NCBI GenBank assembly: GCA_963754315.1
Contig: CAVWFS010000013.1
Location: 128,001 to 192,000 of the forward strand
DNA length: 64,000 nucleotides
DNA from: an uncultured Candidatus Rokubacteria bacterium
GTDB lineage: Bacteria > Methylomirabilota > Methylomirabilia > Rokubacteriales > CSP1-6
Direction of reading: 5' to 3'
Below the pieces are notes generated by a model. It was given only the letters and a program-made list of their open reading frames with translations. It had not been told where the DNA came from and made no database searches. Of the stretch, positions 40,657-48,953 are shown piece by piece; within the stretch, counting starts at the first letter, position 1, and each line of letters begins with the position of its first letter. The translations under genes were made by a program, and so were the position numbers.

Positions 40657-42287
40657 GGCGCAGCCGCGATCGTCAGGCCGTCGGCGCGGGCAATCCGGAC
40701 CTCGTCCAGTCCGCTCACGTGGAGCGAGGTGGTGAAACCCGGATCCGCCTCTGGCATGTCGCGGCGGCGATGCATGCCGCGGCTTTCCGTCCGCGCCAGT
40801 GCGCTCCGATAGGCCCAGCGGCTGGTCGCAGTCAGCGCCGCCGCCTCGCGCGCCTTGACGGCGGCTAACCCATTGCTCGCCGCATGGTGCTGGAGGTCGG
40901 CCCAGCAGGCGTCGAGCCGATCCAGAGACCGACGCAACGTCCCCTCTCGGCGGAAAAAGTTGCGGTCCAGCGGCAGCATCTCCTCCCGCACGGCGCCGAT
41001 GATCTCGTGCGCGTCCAGATCCTCGCGCGCCGTCCGCGCGGGCCGCAACCCGGACTGGCCGAGCGGCGTCAGCGGACGATCCGCGATCCGGGTACCAAGT
41101 CGCGCCGCGAACATCGCCGCCGCGCGCCCCGCCCAGTTGCCCGAGGCGATGGCCCAGGAGGAATTCGGGCCGCCACCGCCGCTGATGGCACCGGTCACTC
41201 GCTCGCGGGTCGCCGCGTCGCCGGCGGCATAGAGACCGGCCACGCCGGTGGCGCAGTCGTCGTCGATGAGTCTGATCCCGCCCACGCCGCGCACCGTGCC
41301 CTCGCAGCGCAACGTCACCGGCCAGCGCTCGGTGAAGGGGTCGACCCCGCTGCGGTCGAACGGCAGAAAGCAGTTCGGCTGCCCCTGCCTCAGCCACGGT
41401 CGCAACTCGGCTGCGGCCTTGTCGTACTCGGCGAAGACCGGCCCTTCCAGCAAGGCCTCGGCCACCGCGGCGTGACGGTCAGGGGCCGCGGTGGGGATCG
41501 GCGTGCCGTCCTCCCGGGTGAAGCTCGCCCAGCGGAACGGCAAGCCCTTGTTGAGCGCGCTCGGCTTCGGGGTGAATGCGTACTGCGCCGAGAGCTCCAT
41601 CCCGGACAGCACGGCGCCGGCCTCGGCGGCCATCAGGTAACCGTCACCGGTCAGCGCGGCCGTCCCCAGCATGCGCTCGCCAAAGGCGCAGCCGCCCGTC
41701 GCCAGAACCACGGCACCGGCGCGGACCTGCCACGGCCGGTTGCGCTGGCGATCAATCCCGGCCGCACCCGCGATGGCTCCCCCGTCGCCGAGCAACTCGA
41801 GCGCCGGATGATGATCGAGAATGGTGACACCGGCCGCGAGGACGCGGCGGCGCATGAAGTGCATGTAGTCCGGACCGCGCAGATTGGCGAGATAGGGCCG
41901 GCCTTCGTCGTCATCGGGGAACGGATAACCCCAGGCGGCCAAGCAGTGGAGCTTTTCCCACGCCGTATCGAGCGTGCGCTCCACCCAGCGGGGATCGGCA
42001 AGACCGTGGGTGCGCGGCTGCCGCTGCTCGATCGCGATGCGGCGGCTCTCGCCCGGCGGCACGAACCAGGTTCCGGTATTGGAGGGCGCCGTCGCCCCGC
42101 TCGTGCCCAGATAACCCTTGTCGACCAGGATGACCTTGGCGCCTGCTTCGGACGCCGCTACCGCCGCCCAGGCACCTGCAGGCCCGCCACCGACCACCAG
42201 CACGTCCGCCACTACATCGAGGGCCCCGACATCCTGCCCGCGGATGAACCCGCGATCACTCGGCATGCGGCCCCGCCCGACCTCCAT
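40653..42287 (-). CDS. FAD-dependent oxidoreductase, succinate dehydrogenase/fumarate reductase flavoprotein family
   Basis: VGGGPAG, VLATGG, LTGDG, GLYAAGD, RTESRGMHRR. Confidence 0.87.
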   Translation of the reverse strand: MEVGRGRMPSDRGFIRGQDVGALDVVADVLVVGGGPAGAWAAVAASEAGAKVILVDKGYLGTSGATAPSNTGTWFVPPGESRRIAIEQRQPRTHGLADPRWVERTLDTAWEKLHCLAAWGYPFPDDDEGRPYLANLRGPDYMHFMRRRVLAAGVTILDHHPALELLGDGGAIAGAAGIDRQRNRPWQVRAGAVVLATGGCAFGERMLGTAALTGDGYLMAAEAGAVLSGMELSAQYAFTPKPSALNKGLPFRWASFTREDGTPIPTAAPDRHAAVAEALLEGPVFAEYDKAAAELRPWLRQGQPNCFLPFDRSGVDPFTERWPVTLRCEGTVRGVGGIRLIDDDCATGVAGLYAAGDAATRERVTGAISGGGGPNSSWAIASGNWAGRAAAMFAARLGTRIADRPLTPLGQSGLRPARTAREDLDAHEIIGAVREEMLPLDRNFFRREGTLRRSLDRLDACWADLQHHAASNGLAAVKAREAAALTATSRWAYRSALARTESRGMHRRRDMPEADPGFTTSLHVSGLDEVRIARADGLTIAAAP

Positions 42288-42418
42288 TGCACGGCGGCCG
42301 AACTGCGCCGCGATCGATGTCCATCACCAGCCCGCTCCCTGGCAGCACGATTGGACGCTACTGCACCGCGTTCTCAGCGCGGTGCTCATTATGAGTCATT
42401 GGCAATGGTTGTTCTAGC

Positions 42419-42649
42419 GTGCAATCCCTCTCGCAGATCGTTCACGGCTCAGTTGAGACCCACGACCTGGACTCGGTAGCCACACGCCTCGGCGTCACGA
42501 TACGCGGCCGGCACTCGGCCCTCGGGGACGCGTTGACAACCGCCGAGATCCTGTCGAGGCTCATCGGGCTCCTCGAAAAGCGGGGCATACGGTCGCTGGG
42601 CCAGGCTCTGGCCGCGACCCGGGCACTCGGAAGGCCACTCGCGCCCTAG
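42419..42649 (+). pseudogene. C-terminal remnant of a DEDDh 3'-5' exonuclease
   Basis: HDLDSVATRLGV...GRHSALGDALTTAE (ExoIII-like motif) with no N-terminal domain. Confidence 0.72.
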
Positions 42650-42686
42650 GTCAGGGTGCCGCTCGGAGGGCATAGCCCCGCCTCGT

Positions 42687-42702
42687 CGGCATCGTCCTTG
42701 CT
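42687..42702 (+). promoter_or_regulatory. Putative sigma54 promoter
   Basis: CGGCATCGTCCTTGCT (GG-N10-GC), 60 nt before ATG 42763. Confidence 0.68.
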
Positions 42703-42762
42703 CCGATAGCCAACAAGGCGGCCATTCAGGACCGTTTAGCCGCTATCAGGAGGAGTTTAGCG

Positions 42763-43341
42763 ATGAAGGCGAAGAAATCGGAGTCAAACACGTTCGTGAG
42801 CGACATCGCGGCCATCCGGGATCGAGCTCGACGACACATGGACCAGGGTGCGGTGACCGAGCGCTACGGGGCGGATCGCGACACGGTGCTGCAGATCCTG
42901 AGCGAAGCACTCGCCACCGAGATCGTGTGCGTGCTTCGGTATCGCCGGCACTACTACATGGCGAGCGGGATCCACGCGCAGTCAGTCGGGGAAGAGTTTC
43001 TGCAACATGCCGCCGAGGAGCAGGCGCACGCCGATCAGATCGCCAAGCGGATCGTGCAGCTTGGTGGTGAGCCGGACCTCGATCCGAAACGGTTGACCGA
43101 GCGCAGCCACTCCGAGTACGTCGAGGGGCGCACCTTGCTGGACATGATTCGCGAGGACCTCGTGGCGGAACGGATTGCCATCGAGTCGTACACGGACATG
43201 ATCCGCTACATCGGTGAGGATGACCCCACCACGCGGCGGATGCTGGAGGAGATCCTCGCCAAGGAAGAGGAGCACGCCGAGGAGCTGAAAACGCTCATCG
43301 AGACCCTCGACCACGACGAGCGCGCGGACGCGCGGCACTGA
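42763..43341 (+). CDS. Ferritin-like (bacterioferritin/DpsL-like) protein
   Basis: SD AGGAGG; ALATE..C..RY, EEQAH, EDLVAERIAI, EEEH ferroxidase-type ExxH motifs. Confidence 0.88.
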   Translation: MKAKKSESNTFVSDIAAIRDRARRHMDQGAVTERYGADRDTVLQILSEALATEIVCVLRYRRHYYMASGIHAQSVGEEFLQHAAEEQAHADQIAKRIVQLGGEPDLDPKRLTERSHSEYVEGRTLLDMIREDLVAERIAIESYTDMIRYIGEDDPTTRRMLEEILAKEEEHAEELKTLIETLDHDERADARH

Positions 43342-43357
43342 AGGACGCGAGCAGGCC

Positions 43358-44104
43358 ATGTCGAGTTCTTCGGTCGTGGTCAGGCCCCACATCGATGTGC
43401 AGGCTGCCGGGGCCGATGAAGCGGAGTGGCTCGAGACTCTGCACGGTGCCGCACTTCCCGTCTGGCACCCGGGCCCAGCCGGCCGCATCGTTGTGGTGTC
43501 TCCCCATCCCGACGATGAGACCCTCGCGGTCGGCGGCCTCCTTCATGATCTAGCCGGACTCGGCTGGCGTGTGGTCCTGGTCGCGGTCACCGATGGTGAG
43601 AGGGCATATCCCGACGTTCCGGCCCTGGGTGCGATCCGGCAGGGGGAACTGGCGCGAGCGCAACGCCACCTCGGCCTGACCGAGGCTGCCATGATCCGGC
43701 TCGGAATTCCAGATGGCGCGGTTTCTCGACACGCCAGCGCTCTCGCCGCTCACTTATCACCACTGATCGTCCGCGCGTCCTGGGTCCTCGCGCCATGGCC
43801 TGGCGACGGTCATCCCGACCATGAAGCGGCTGGCCGCATCGCAGCCGAGGTGGCTAGCGAGCTCGGAGTGCCAGCGCGGTTTTTCCCAGTTTGGCTCTGG
43901 CACTTCATGGAGCCGCGGAGCAGCGCCGCGGCCGAACTTCTGGCGCGGGCCGAGCGGTGGTCACTGTCCTCGCATGCCCTCGCCGCCAAGCGAGAAGCCC
44001 TGGGCGCGTTCGCGAGTCAGTGTGACGGATTGCTCGGCGCCCCCATCCTCCCGCCTCATGTACTGAATCGGTTTCGACGCCCCTTCGAGGTGGTGTTTCG
44101 ATGA
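43358..44104 (+). CDS. PIG-L/LmbE family deacetylase
   Basis: SPHPDDETL, VTDGE, DGHPDH, FASQ. Confidence 0.9.
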   Translation: MSSSSVVVRPHIDVQAAGADEAEWLETLHGAALPVWHPGPAGRIVVVSPHPDDETLAVGGLLHDLAGLGWRVVLVAVTDGERAYPDVPALGAIRQGELARAQRHLGLTEAAMIRLGIPDGAVSRHASALAAHLSPLIVRASWVLAPWPGDGHPDHEAAGRIAAEVASELGVPARFFPVWLWHFMEPRSSAAAELLARAERWSLSSHALAAKREALGAFASQCDGLLGAPILPPHVLNRFRRPFEVVFR

Positions 44105-44703
44105 AATCCGACATCCGCGAGAGCCGTGTCCCCGGAGAATCCTTCGAAGCGCAATACCGTGCTCGACGGGACCCCTGGAATTTCGCCGGCTCTCCGTACG
44201 AGCAGCACCGGTACTCGGTGGCCATCGCCATGCTGCCGCAGCCGCGTTATCGCCGGGGCTTCGAGCCGGGCTGTTCGATCGGAGAACTCACCGTTCGCCT
44301 GGCCGCTCGCTGTGACTCGCTGATCGCCATCGACTGCTCGCCCACCGCGGTATCGCGGGCGCGCGAGCGCTGTCGAGGCCTCGAGCACGTGACGATCAAG
44401 GTCGGCGAGCTGCCGCAGACGTGGCCAACGGGTCCGTTTGACCTCGTCGTTCTCAGCGAGCTTGGATATTACTTTTCGCGGGATCTCCTGGCCGCGCTCG
44501 TTGCCCGGAGCGGCTCTCTCTTGGAACCTGGTGGGACATTGCTTGCCGTCCACTGGCGCGGTCACTCACCCGACCACATTCTCCACGGAGATGAGGTGCA
44601 CGAGCTGGCGCGCAGGGAGGCAGCCAAACGCCATCTGCTGCGGCAAGCCTCGTACCTCGAGGACAAGTTTCGCGCAGACGTGTGGACGAGGGAGGCAGCG
44701 TGA
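44101..44703 (+). CDS. SAM-dependent methyltransferase (NodS-like)
   Basis: DPWNF...YE, FEPGCSIG, FDLVVLSELGYY. Confidence 0.88.
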   Translation: MKSDIRESRVPGESFEAQYRARRDPWNFAGSPYEQHRYSVAIAMLPQPRYRRGFEPGCSIGELTVRLAARCDSLIAIDCSPTAVSRARERCRGLEHVTIKVGELPQTWPTGPFDLVVLSELGYYFSRDLLAALVARSGSLLEPGGTLLAVHWRGHSPDHILHGDEVHELARREAAKRHLLRQASYLEDKFRADVWTREAA

Positions 44704-45449
44704 AGAGGATCGCGCGGCTGGCCGTCATCATCCCCGCCCACAACGAAAGGGCGGTCATTGCCCGCTGCATCTCGTCTGTCCAGCAGGCGCTAGCAGCCCC
44801 TGCCCTCCGGAGGCTCGATCGCCGAATTGTCGTGGTCGCAGATCGGTGCATCGACGATACGGCCCAACGCGCCGAGGAAGCCCTTCGTCTCCATGGCGCC
44901 CCTACGGTTGGTCAGGTCCTACGCGTGGATCTTCAAAGTGCGGGCCGGGCACGGGCAGCCGGAGTCATGGCCGCGCTCCACCACTGGAAGGCAGCAGACC
45001 CAGCGACCATTTGGCTCGCGAACACCGACGCGGATACCTCGGTGTCGCCCGCGTGGCTTGTCCGTCAGATCCGGGCTGCTCGAGAGGGATGGGCGGCGGT
45101 GGCGGGGATCATCGATGTGGACACCTTTGCGGGCTACCGCCTCGATATGCGCTGGCGCTTCCGAACAACCTACGCTTTGCCCAAAGACCGTCCACATCCC
45201 CATGTCCATGGCTGTAACATGGGCGTAAGGGCCGACGCGTATCTCGACGTGGGAGGCTGGCCGGCCGTGAATCTGGCCGAGGATCACGGTCTCTGGAATG
45301 CCTTACGAGCCCGCGGCTGGCCATGCCTCTCGGACAGAAATCTCTCTGTCATCACCAGCGGCCGGCGCGTGGGCCGGGCACGGGGAGGGTTTGCCGATAC
45401 TCTGGTTGCGCTGGAGGGCGCCCCGGTTCCACTGGAGGCAGCATCGTGA
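44700..45449 (+). CDS. Glycosyltransferase family 2
   Basis: VIIPAHNE, D.C.D.T, TDAD, HGCNMGVR, ED, TSGR. Confidence 0.88.
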   Translation: MKRIARLAVIIPAHNERAVIARCISSVQQALAAPALRRLDRRIVVVADRCIDDTAQRAEEALRLHGAPTVGQVLRVDLQSAGRARAAGVMAALHHWKAADPATIWLANTDADTSVSPAWLVRQIRAAREGWAAVAGIIDVDTFAGYRLDMRWRFRTTYALPKDRPHPHVHGCNMGVRADAYLDVGGWPAVNLAEDHGLWNALRARGWPCLSDRNLSVITSGRRVGRARGGFADTLVALEGAPVPLEAAS

Positions 45450-46477
45450 GCGCACGCGTGTCGGCTTGTCCGGCGGGGCCAGAGGCGATCGCTCACGCGT
45501 CAGAACGTGACGGTACGAACGGCACAGCGCGCCGCTTTCGAGCGATCGTCGGTGGGGGACGTGCAGATTTGCCCGCGCCGGGATCCGGCCAGACAGCGGA
45601 TCGGTTCTCGGCCCTGAGCGCGCTGGCGACCGACGATCTGTCGGTTGCACGCCTCGTCGAGGCTCATGCCGATGCGGCGGCGATCCTCGCTGAAGCCGGC
45701 CACGCAGGTCCCAGGGGGGACGACACGTTCGCTGTCTGGGCTTCCGATGGACCCGGGAGCCGACTGGAAGCCGTCGCCGTGCCGGGAGGTTGGCGCCTGA
45801 CGGGCACGAAGCGATTCTGTAGCGGCAGCACGATCGTGGATCAGGCGGTGGTCACCGCGCACGCCCCCGACGGGTTGCGTCTGTTCATTCTTCCCCTGGG
45901 GACCGAGGACACCCGGGTGGAAACGGGAGAATGGGCCACGGCGGCGTTCGCGGCCACGGCGACCGGCACGGTACATGTCCAGGCGGTCGTGCCAGAGGAA
46001 GCCGCCGTCGGTGGACCGGGATTCTATCTTGCGCGGCCAGGCTTCTGGCATGGCGCGGTCGGAGTCGCGGCGTGTTGGGCCGGGGGGGCGCAGGGCCTGG
46101 TTGACCGCTATGCCCGTCGTCACTGGCGCGACGACCCCCACGCGATAGCCGCATTCGGCGCTGCCCAAGCCGCGTGCTGGACGATGCGTACCGCGCTGCA
46201 ACGGGCCGCGGTGGAAATCGATGGCGATCCTCTCGACCAAGATGGCGCCGGAATGCGCCGAGCGCTCCTCGTCCGACACGTAATCGAGCAGGCTTGTCAG
46301 GACGTCCTGGGGAGGCTCGCGCGGGCCGCGGGCCCTCGCGCCACTGCCTTTGACCCATGGTTCGCTCAACAGAGCGCGGACCTTGCCATCTATCTGCAGC
46401 AGTGTCATGGCGAGCGCGATCTGGAGGCGCTGGGCCGTCTGGCAGCCCCCGACCAGACGCGGGGTGACGGCGACTAG
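45446..46477 (+). CDS. Acyl-CoA dehydrogenase-like flavoprotein
   Basis: DLSVARLVEAHADA, LTGTKRFCSG, YLARPGFWHG, DLAIYLQQ. Confidence 0.8.
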   Translation: MSARVSACPAGPEAIAHASERDGTNGTARRFRAIVGGGRADLPAPGSGQTADRFSALSALATDDLSVARLVEAHADAAAILAEAGHAGPRGDDTFAVWASDGPGSRLEAVAVPGGWRLTGTKRFCSGSTIVDQAVVTAHAPDGLRLFILPLGTEDTRVETGEWATAAFAATATGTVHVQAVVPEEAAVGGPGFYLARPGFWHGAVGVAACWAGGAQGLVDRYARRHWRDDPHAIAAFGAAQAACWTMRTALQRAAVEIDGDPLDQDGAGMRRALLVRHVIEQACQDVLGRLARAAGPRATAFDPWFAQQSADLAIYLQQCHGERDLEALGRLAAPDQTRGDGD

Positions 46478-46496
46478 CCTTCAGACGTCGCCACAC

Positions 46497-47130
46497 GTGA
46501 GACGCCCCCCTCGCAATCCCGACCTCCATGGCAATGCACCAGACAAGGTGCGTGTCGCGGTGCTGGTCATCGATGTCATCAACGATCTCGATTTCCCCGG
46601 GGGCGCCACGCTTCTTCGCGCCGCCCTCCGCATGAGCACTCACCTGGCTCCGCTTCTGTCGCGAGCCCGCCGCGTTGGCGTTCCCGTCATCTACGTGAAC
46701 GACAACTGGGGTCGATGGCGCTCGGACCTCAGTCACATCGTGCGCCATTGTCAGCAAGAGGAGTGTCGGGGACGCCGCCTGGCGCTCACACTCGCGCCGA
46801 CGCCACGCGACTATTTTGTGCTGAAACCGAAGCACTCGGGATTCTTTGCCACCGCGCTCGATACGCTCCTGACATACCTGGGCGCGGACACGCTCGTGCT
46901 CACTGGGCTCACGACCGATAACTGCGTCCTTTTCACGGCCAGCGATGCGTACATCCGCGACTTCAGGTTGTTCGTCCCGAGCGATTGCGTCACGTCGATC
47001 CGCCCTCAGGATCATCGGCAGGCGCTGTCCCATATGCGCCGGGTGCTCCGGGCCGACACGCGTCGAGCAGCTCGCATCGACCTTCGCGCGCTTCGCGGGC
47101 GAGGCGCCCGCCTTGAGCTTGTCAAGCCAG
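46497..47130 (+). CDS. Isochorismatase family cysteine hydrolase (3' end approximate; stop apparently lost)
   Basis: LVIDVIND, YVNDN, LKPKHSGFF, LTGLTTDNCVLFTASDA. Confidence 0.85.
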
Positions 47131-47170
47131 CCCGCCGCCAGGTACGTCTCAGTTTGAAATCCAGGCGGCG

Positions 47171-47949
47171 TCACTCGATGACATGGGTCGCTCTCAGTAG
47201 CAACGAGGGCGGGATCGTCAACCCGAGCGCATTGGCGGTTTTGAGGTTGATGGCCAGGTCGAATTCGGCGGGCTGCTGCACAGGCAGATCGCCCCGGTTT
47301 GGCGCCCCGCAGAATCTTGTCGATGTAGGTGGCGGCACGCATCCAGCTCTGCGGCGTGCTGACCGGGCCATAGCTCAAGAGTCCCCCCGCGGATACAAAC
47401 CCTCGACTCGGATAGATAGTCGGCAATTTGGTCTTTGCCGCGAGCTCGACAAGCTTGTCGCGTTGCGCTGGGGTGCTGCCGAACGGCGCGCCACCCAGTA
47501 CGATCAGCGCGCCGGCGTTCTTCTTTGCCATCGATGCAAACGCCCCCTCAAATTCTTCGGGTGATCTGACCACCGCGGACAGAACCGTGAGACCGATACC
47601 CCTCGCCGCGTCTTGAATTGCCTGGAGTGATAAGGGATGAGCAGGGTTGTCGGACAGCCTGTCACGTTGCCCCCGGGACGCGCGAGGCTGGCGACAAGCC
47701 CGGAGCCTACCGGGTCGGTGACGTCGATTATGACAATGGGGATTGTCGGCGTTGCCCGCATCGCAGCGATGGCCTCAGGGGTTGTCTGAGCGACGATGGC
47801 GTCGGGTCTCAGCGCAACGAGCTCGGCGGCAAGGGTTGGGAAACGCTCGTTCTGACCATGCACCCCTTCTCCTGCTGCGCCTCGGCGATGAGCGGCGTTG
47901 CGAGGACGCCGACACCTACTGTCCGGAGGAAGCGGCGCCGGTCCATCAT
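47171..47949 (-). pseudogene. ABC substrate-binding protein (ABC_sub_bind type), internally deleted and frameshifted
   Basis: MMDRRRFL...AEAQQ jumps to LAAELVAL.PD; DPVGSGLVASLARPGGNVTG; DKILRGAKP; INLKTANALGLTIPPSLLLRA. Confidence 0.82.
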
Positions 47950-48149
47950 GGGGTGCCGATCATAGCATCCGGGCGAATAGGCACGTCCGATCACTCAAAC
48001 TGAAACACTGCCCGCCACCAGACGATTGCATCCCGCACGGCCGCCCACTAGTGTGCGCCTGACCTGCAGAAAGGATGCTCCCCACCTCCCGGCGCTGCCG
48101 ACGATGGCCGCGAGACATCGCCTCGAACTGTGTCCGTCGACGCCGCGAG

Positions 48150-48295
48150 AGACCCTCAGCCCCGCTGAGGGCCTCGGCATTGGGCTGTCGCTTGTCGACA
48201 GACTGGTCAGAGCCCAGGGCGGGGAGGTGACCGCTGAAAGCGCTGGTCCTGGCAGGGGCAGCACGTTTGTCGTCCGCCTGCCCGTAGACCGCTAG
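48150..48295 (+). pseudogene. C-terminal fragment of a histidine kinase HATPase domain
   Basis: GLGIGLSLV...GGEVTAESAGPGRGSTFVVRLP with no upstream kinase core. Confidence 0.75.
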
Positions 48296-48411
48296 CAGTC
48301 GGCCCGACCCAGCCCGGGTGACGCGCTCACCTGGGTGAACCATAGGACCGGTACCGGCGCCGCACGGGACGAGGTCCTCGAAGTCTCAGCCCCGTGACTG
48401 CCAACGGTCAT

Positions 48412-48427
48412 CGGCACGGGTTCTGCA
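48412..48427 (+). promoter_or_regulatory. Putative sigma54 promoter
   Basis: CGGCACGGGTTCTGCA (GG-N10-GC), upstream of 48636. Confidence 0.6.
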
Positions 48428-48635
48428 CAGTCTCGAGAGCGTGAGACAAGAGCTGCGGCGCTTATTCGGGTGGTTGCGACCGCGCCGTGGTCCGGGTGCC
48501 ACGGAAGCGATGGTCGCAGAGCTGAGGCGGCGGTACGTCTTCGGGGTGATTTCCCGGGCCGATCTCAAGGCGAGAGTACGCACACTCCGACAGCGGCTGG
48601 ATATCTAGTGGCGAAGAGGTGCCACGGGGAGGGAC

Positions 48636-48888
48636 ATGATGATTGGATTTGTGACCGGGGCTATTGCGGGAGGGGCGTTCATATGGTTCTGGGGTGATCG
48701 TATCAGGGAGCTTGCCCAGGACAAGACCAGCCAGGCGCGAGACACCGTTGCGCGCGGGCTGGACAACGTGCAGGCTGCGGCGGAAGGTGCCCTCGACACT
48801 GCCAAGGAGCAAGTGCGTACAGACGCTCCAGGCGGGTCAGGATTACGTACGATCCGACGACAGGAAGACCCCTTCCACCTACCGATAG
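48636..48888 (+). CDS. Small YtxH-like membrane-anchored protein (frameshift near 48820)
   Basis: N-terminal GFVTGAIAGG..W TM helix followed by an Ala/Gln/Lys-rich amphipathic tail. Confidence 0.6.
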
Positions 48889-48953
48889 ATCGCCCTGCCT
48901 GCCATAGCCTGCCACCGCCGGGCCGAGACTCGGCGGTCGCAGGCTATCGCGCG

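Noticed and set aside
40330..42287. Dissimilatory APS reductase aprAB or succinate dehydrogenase
   Set aside because: No sat/qmo/dsr or sdhCD genes nearby; only generic family motifs are visible
44101..44703. Nodulation gene nodS
   Set aside because: No nodABC; family-level similarity only
46350..47564. 404-aa isochorismatase with a novel C-terminal domain
   Set aside because: The tail is the antisense read of the SBP pseudogene, so a lost stop is more likely
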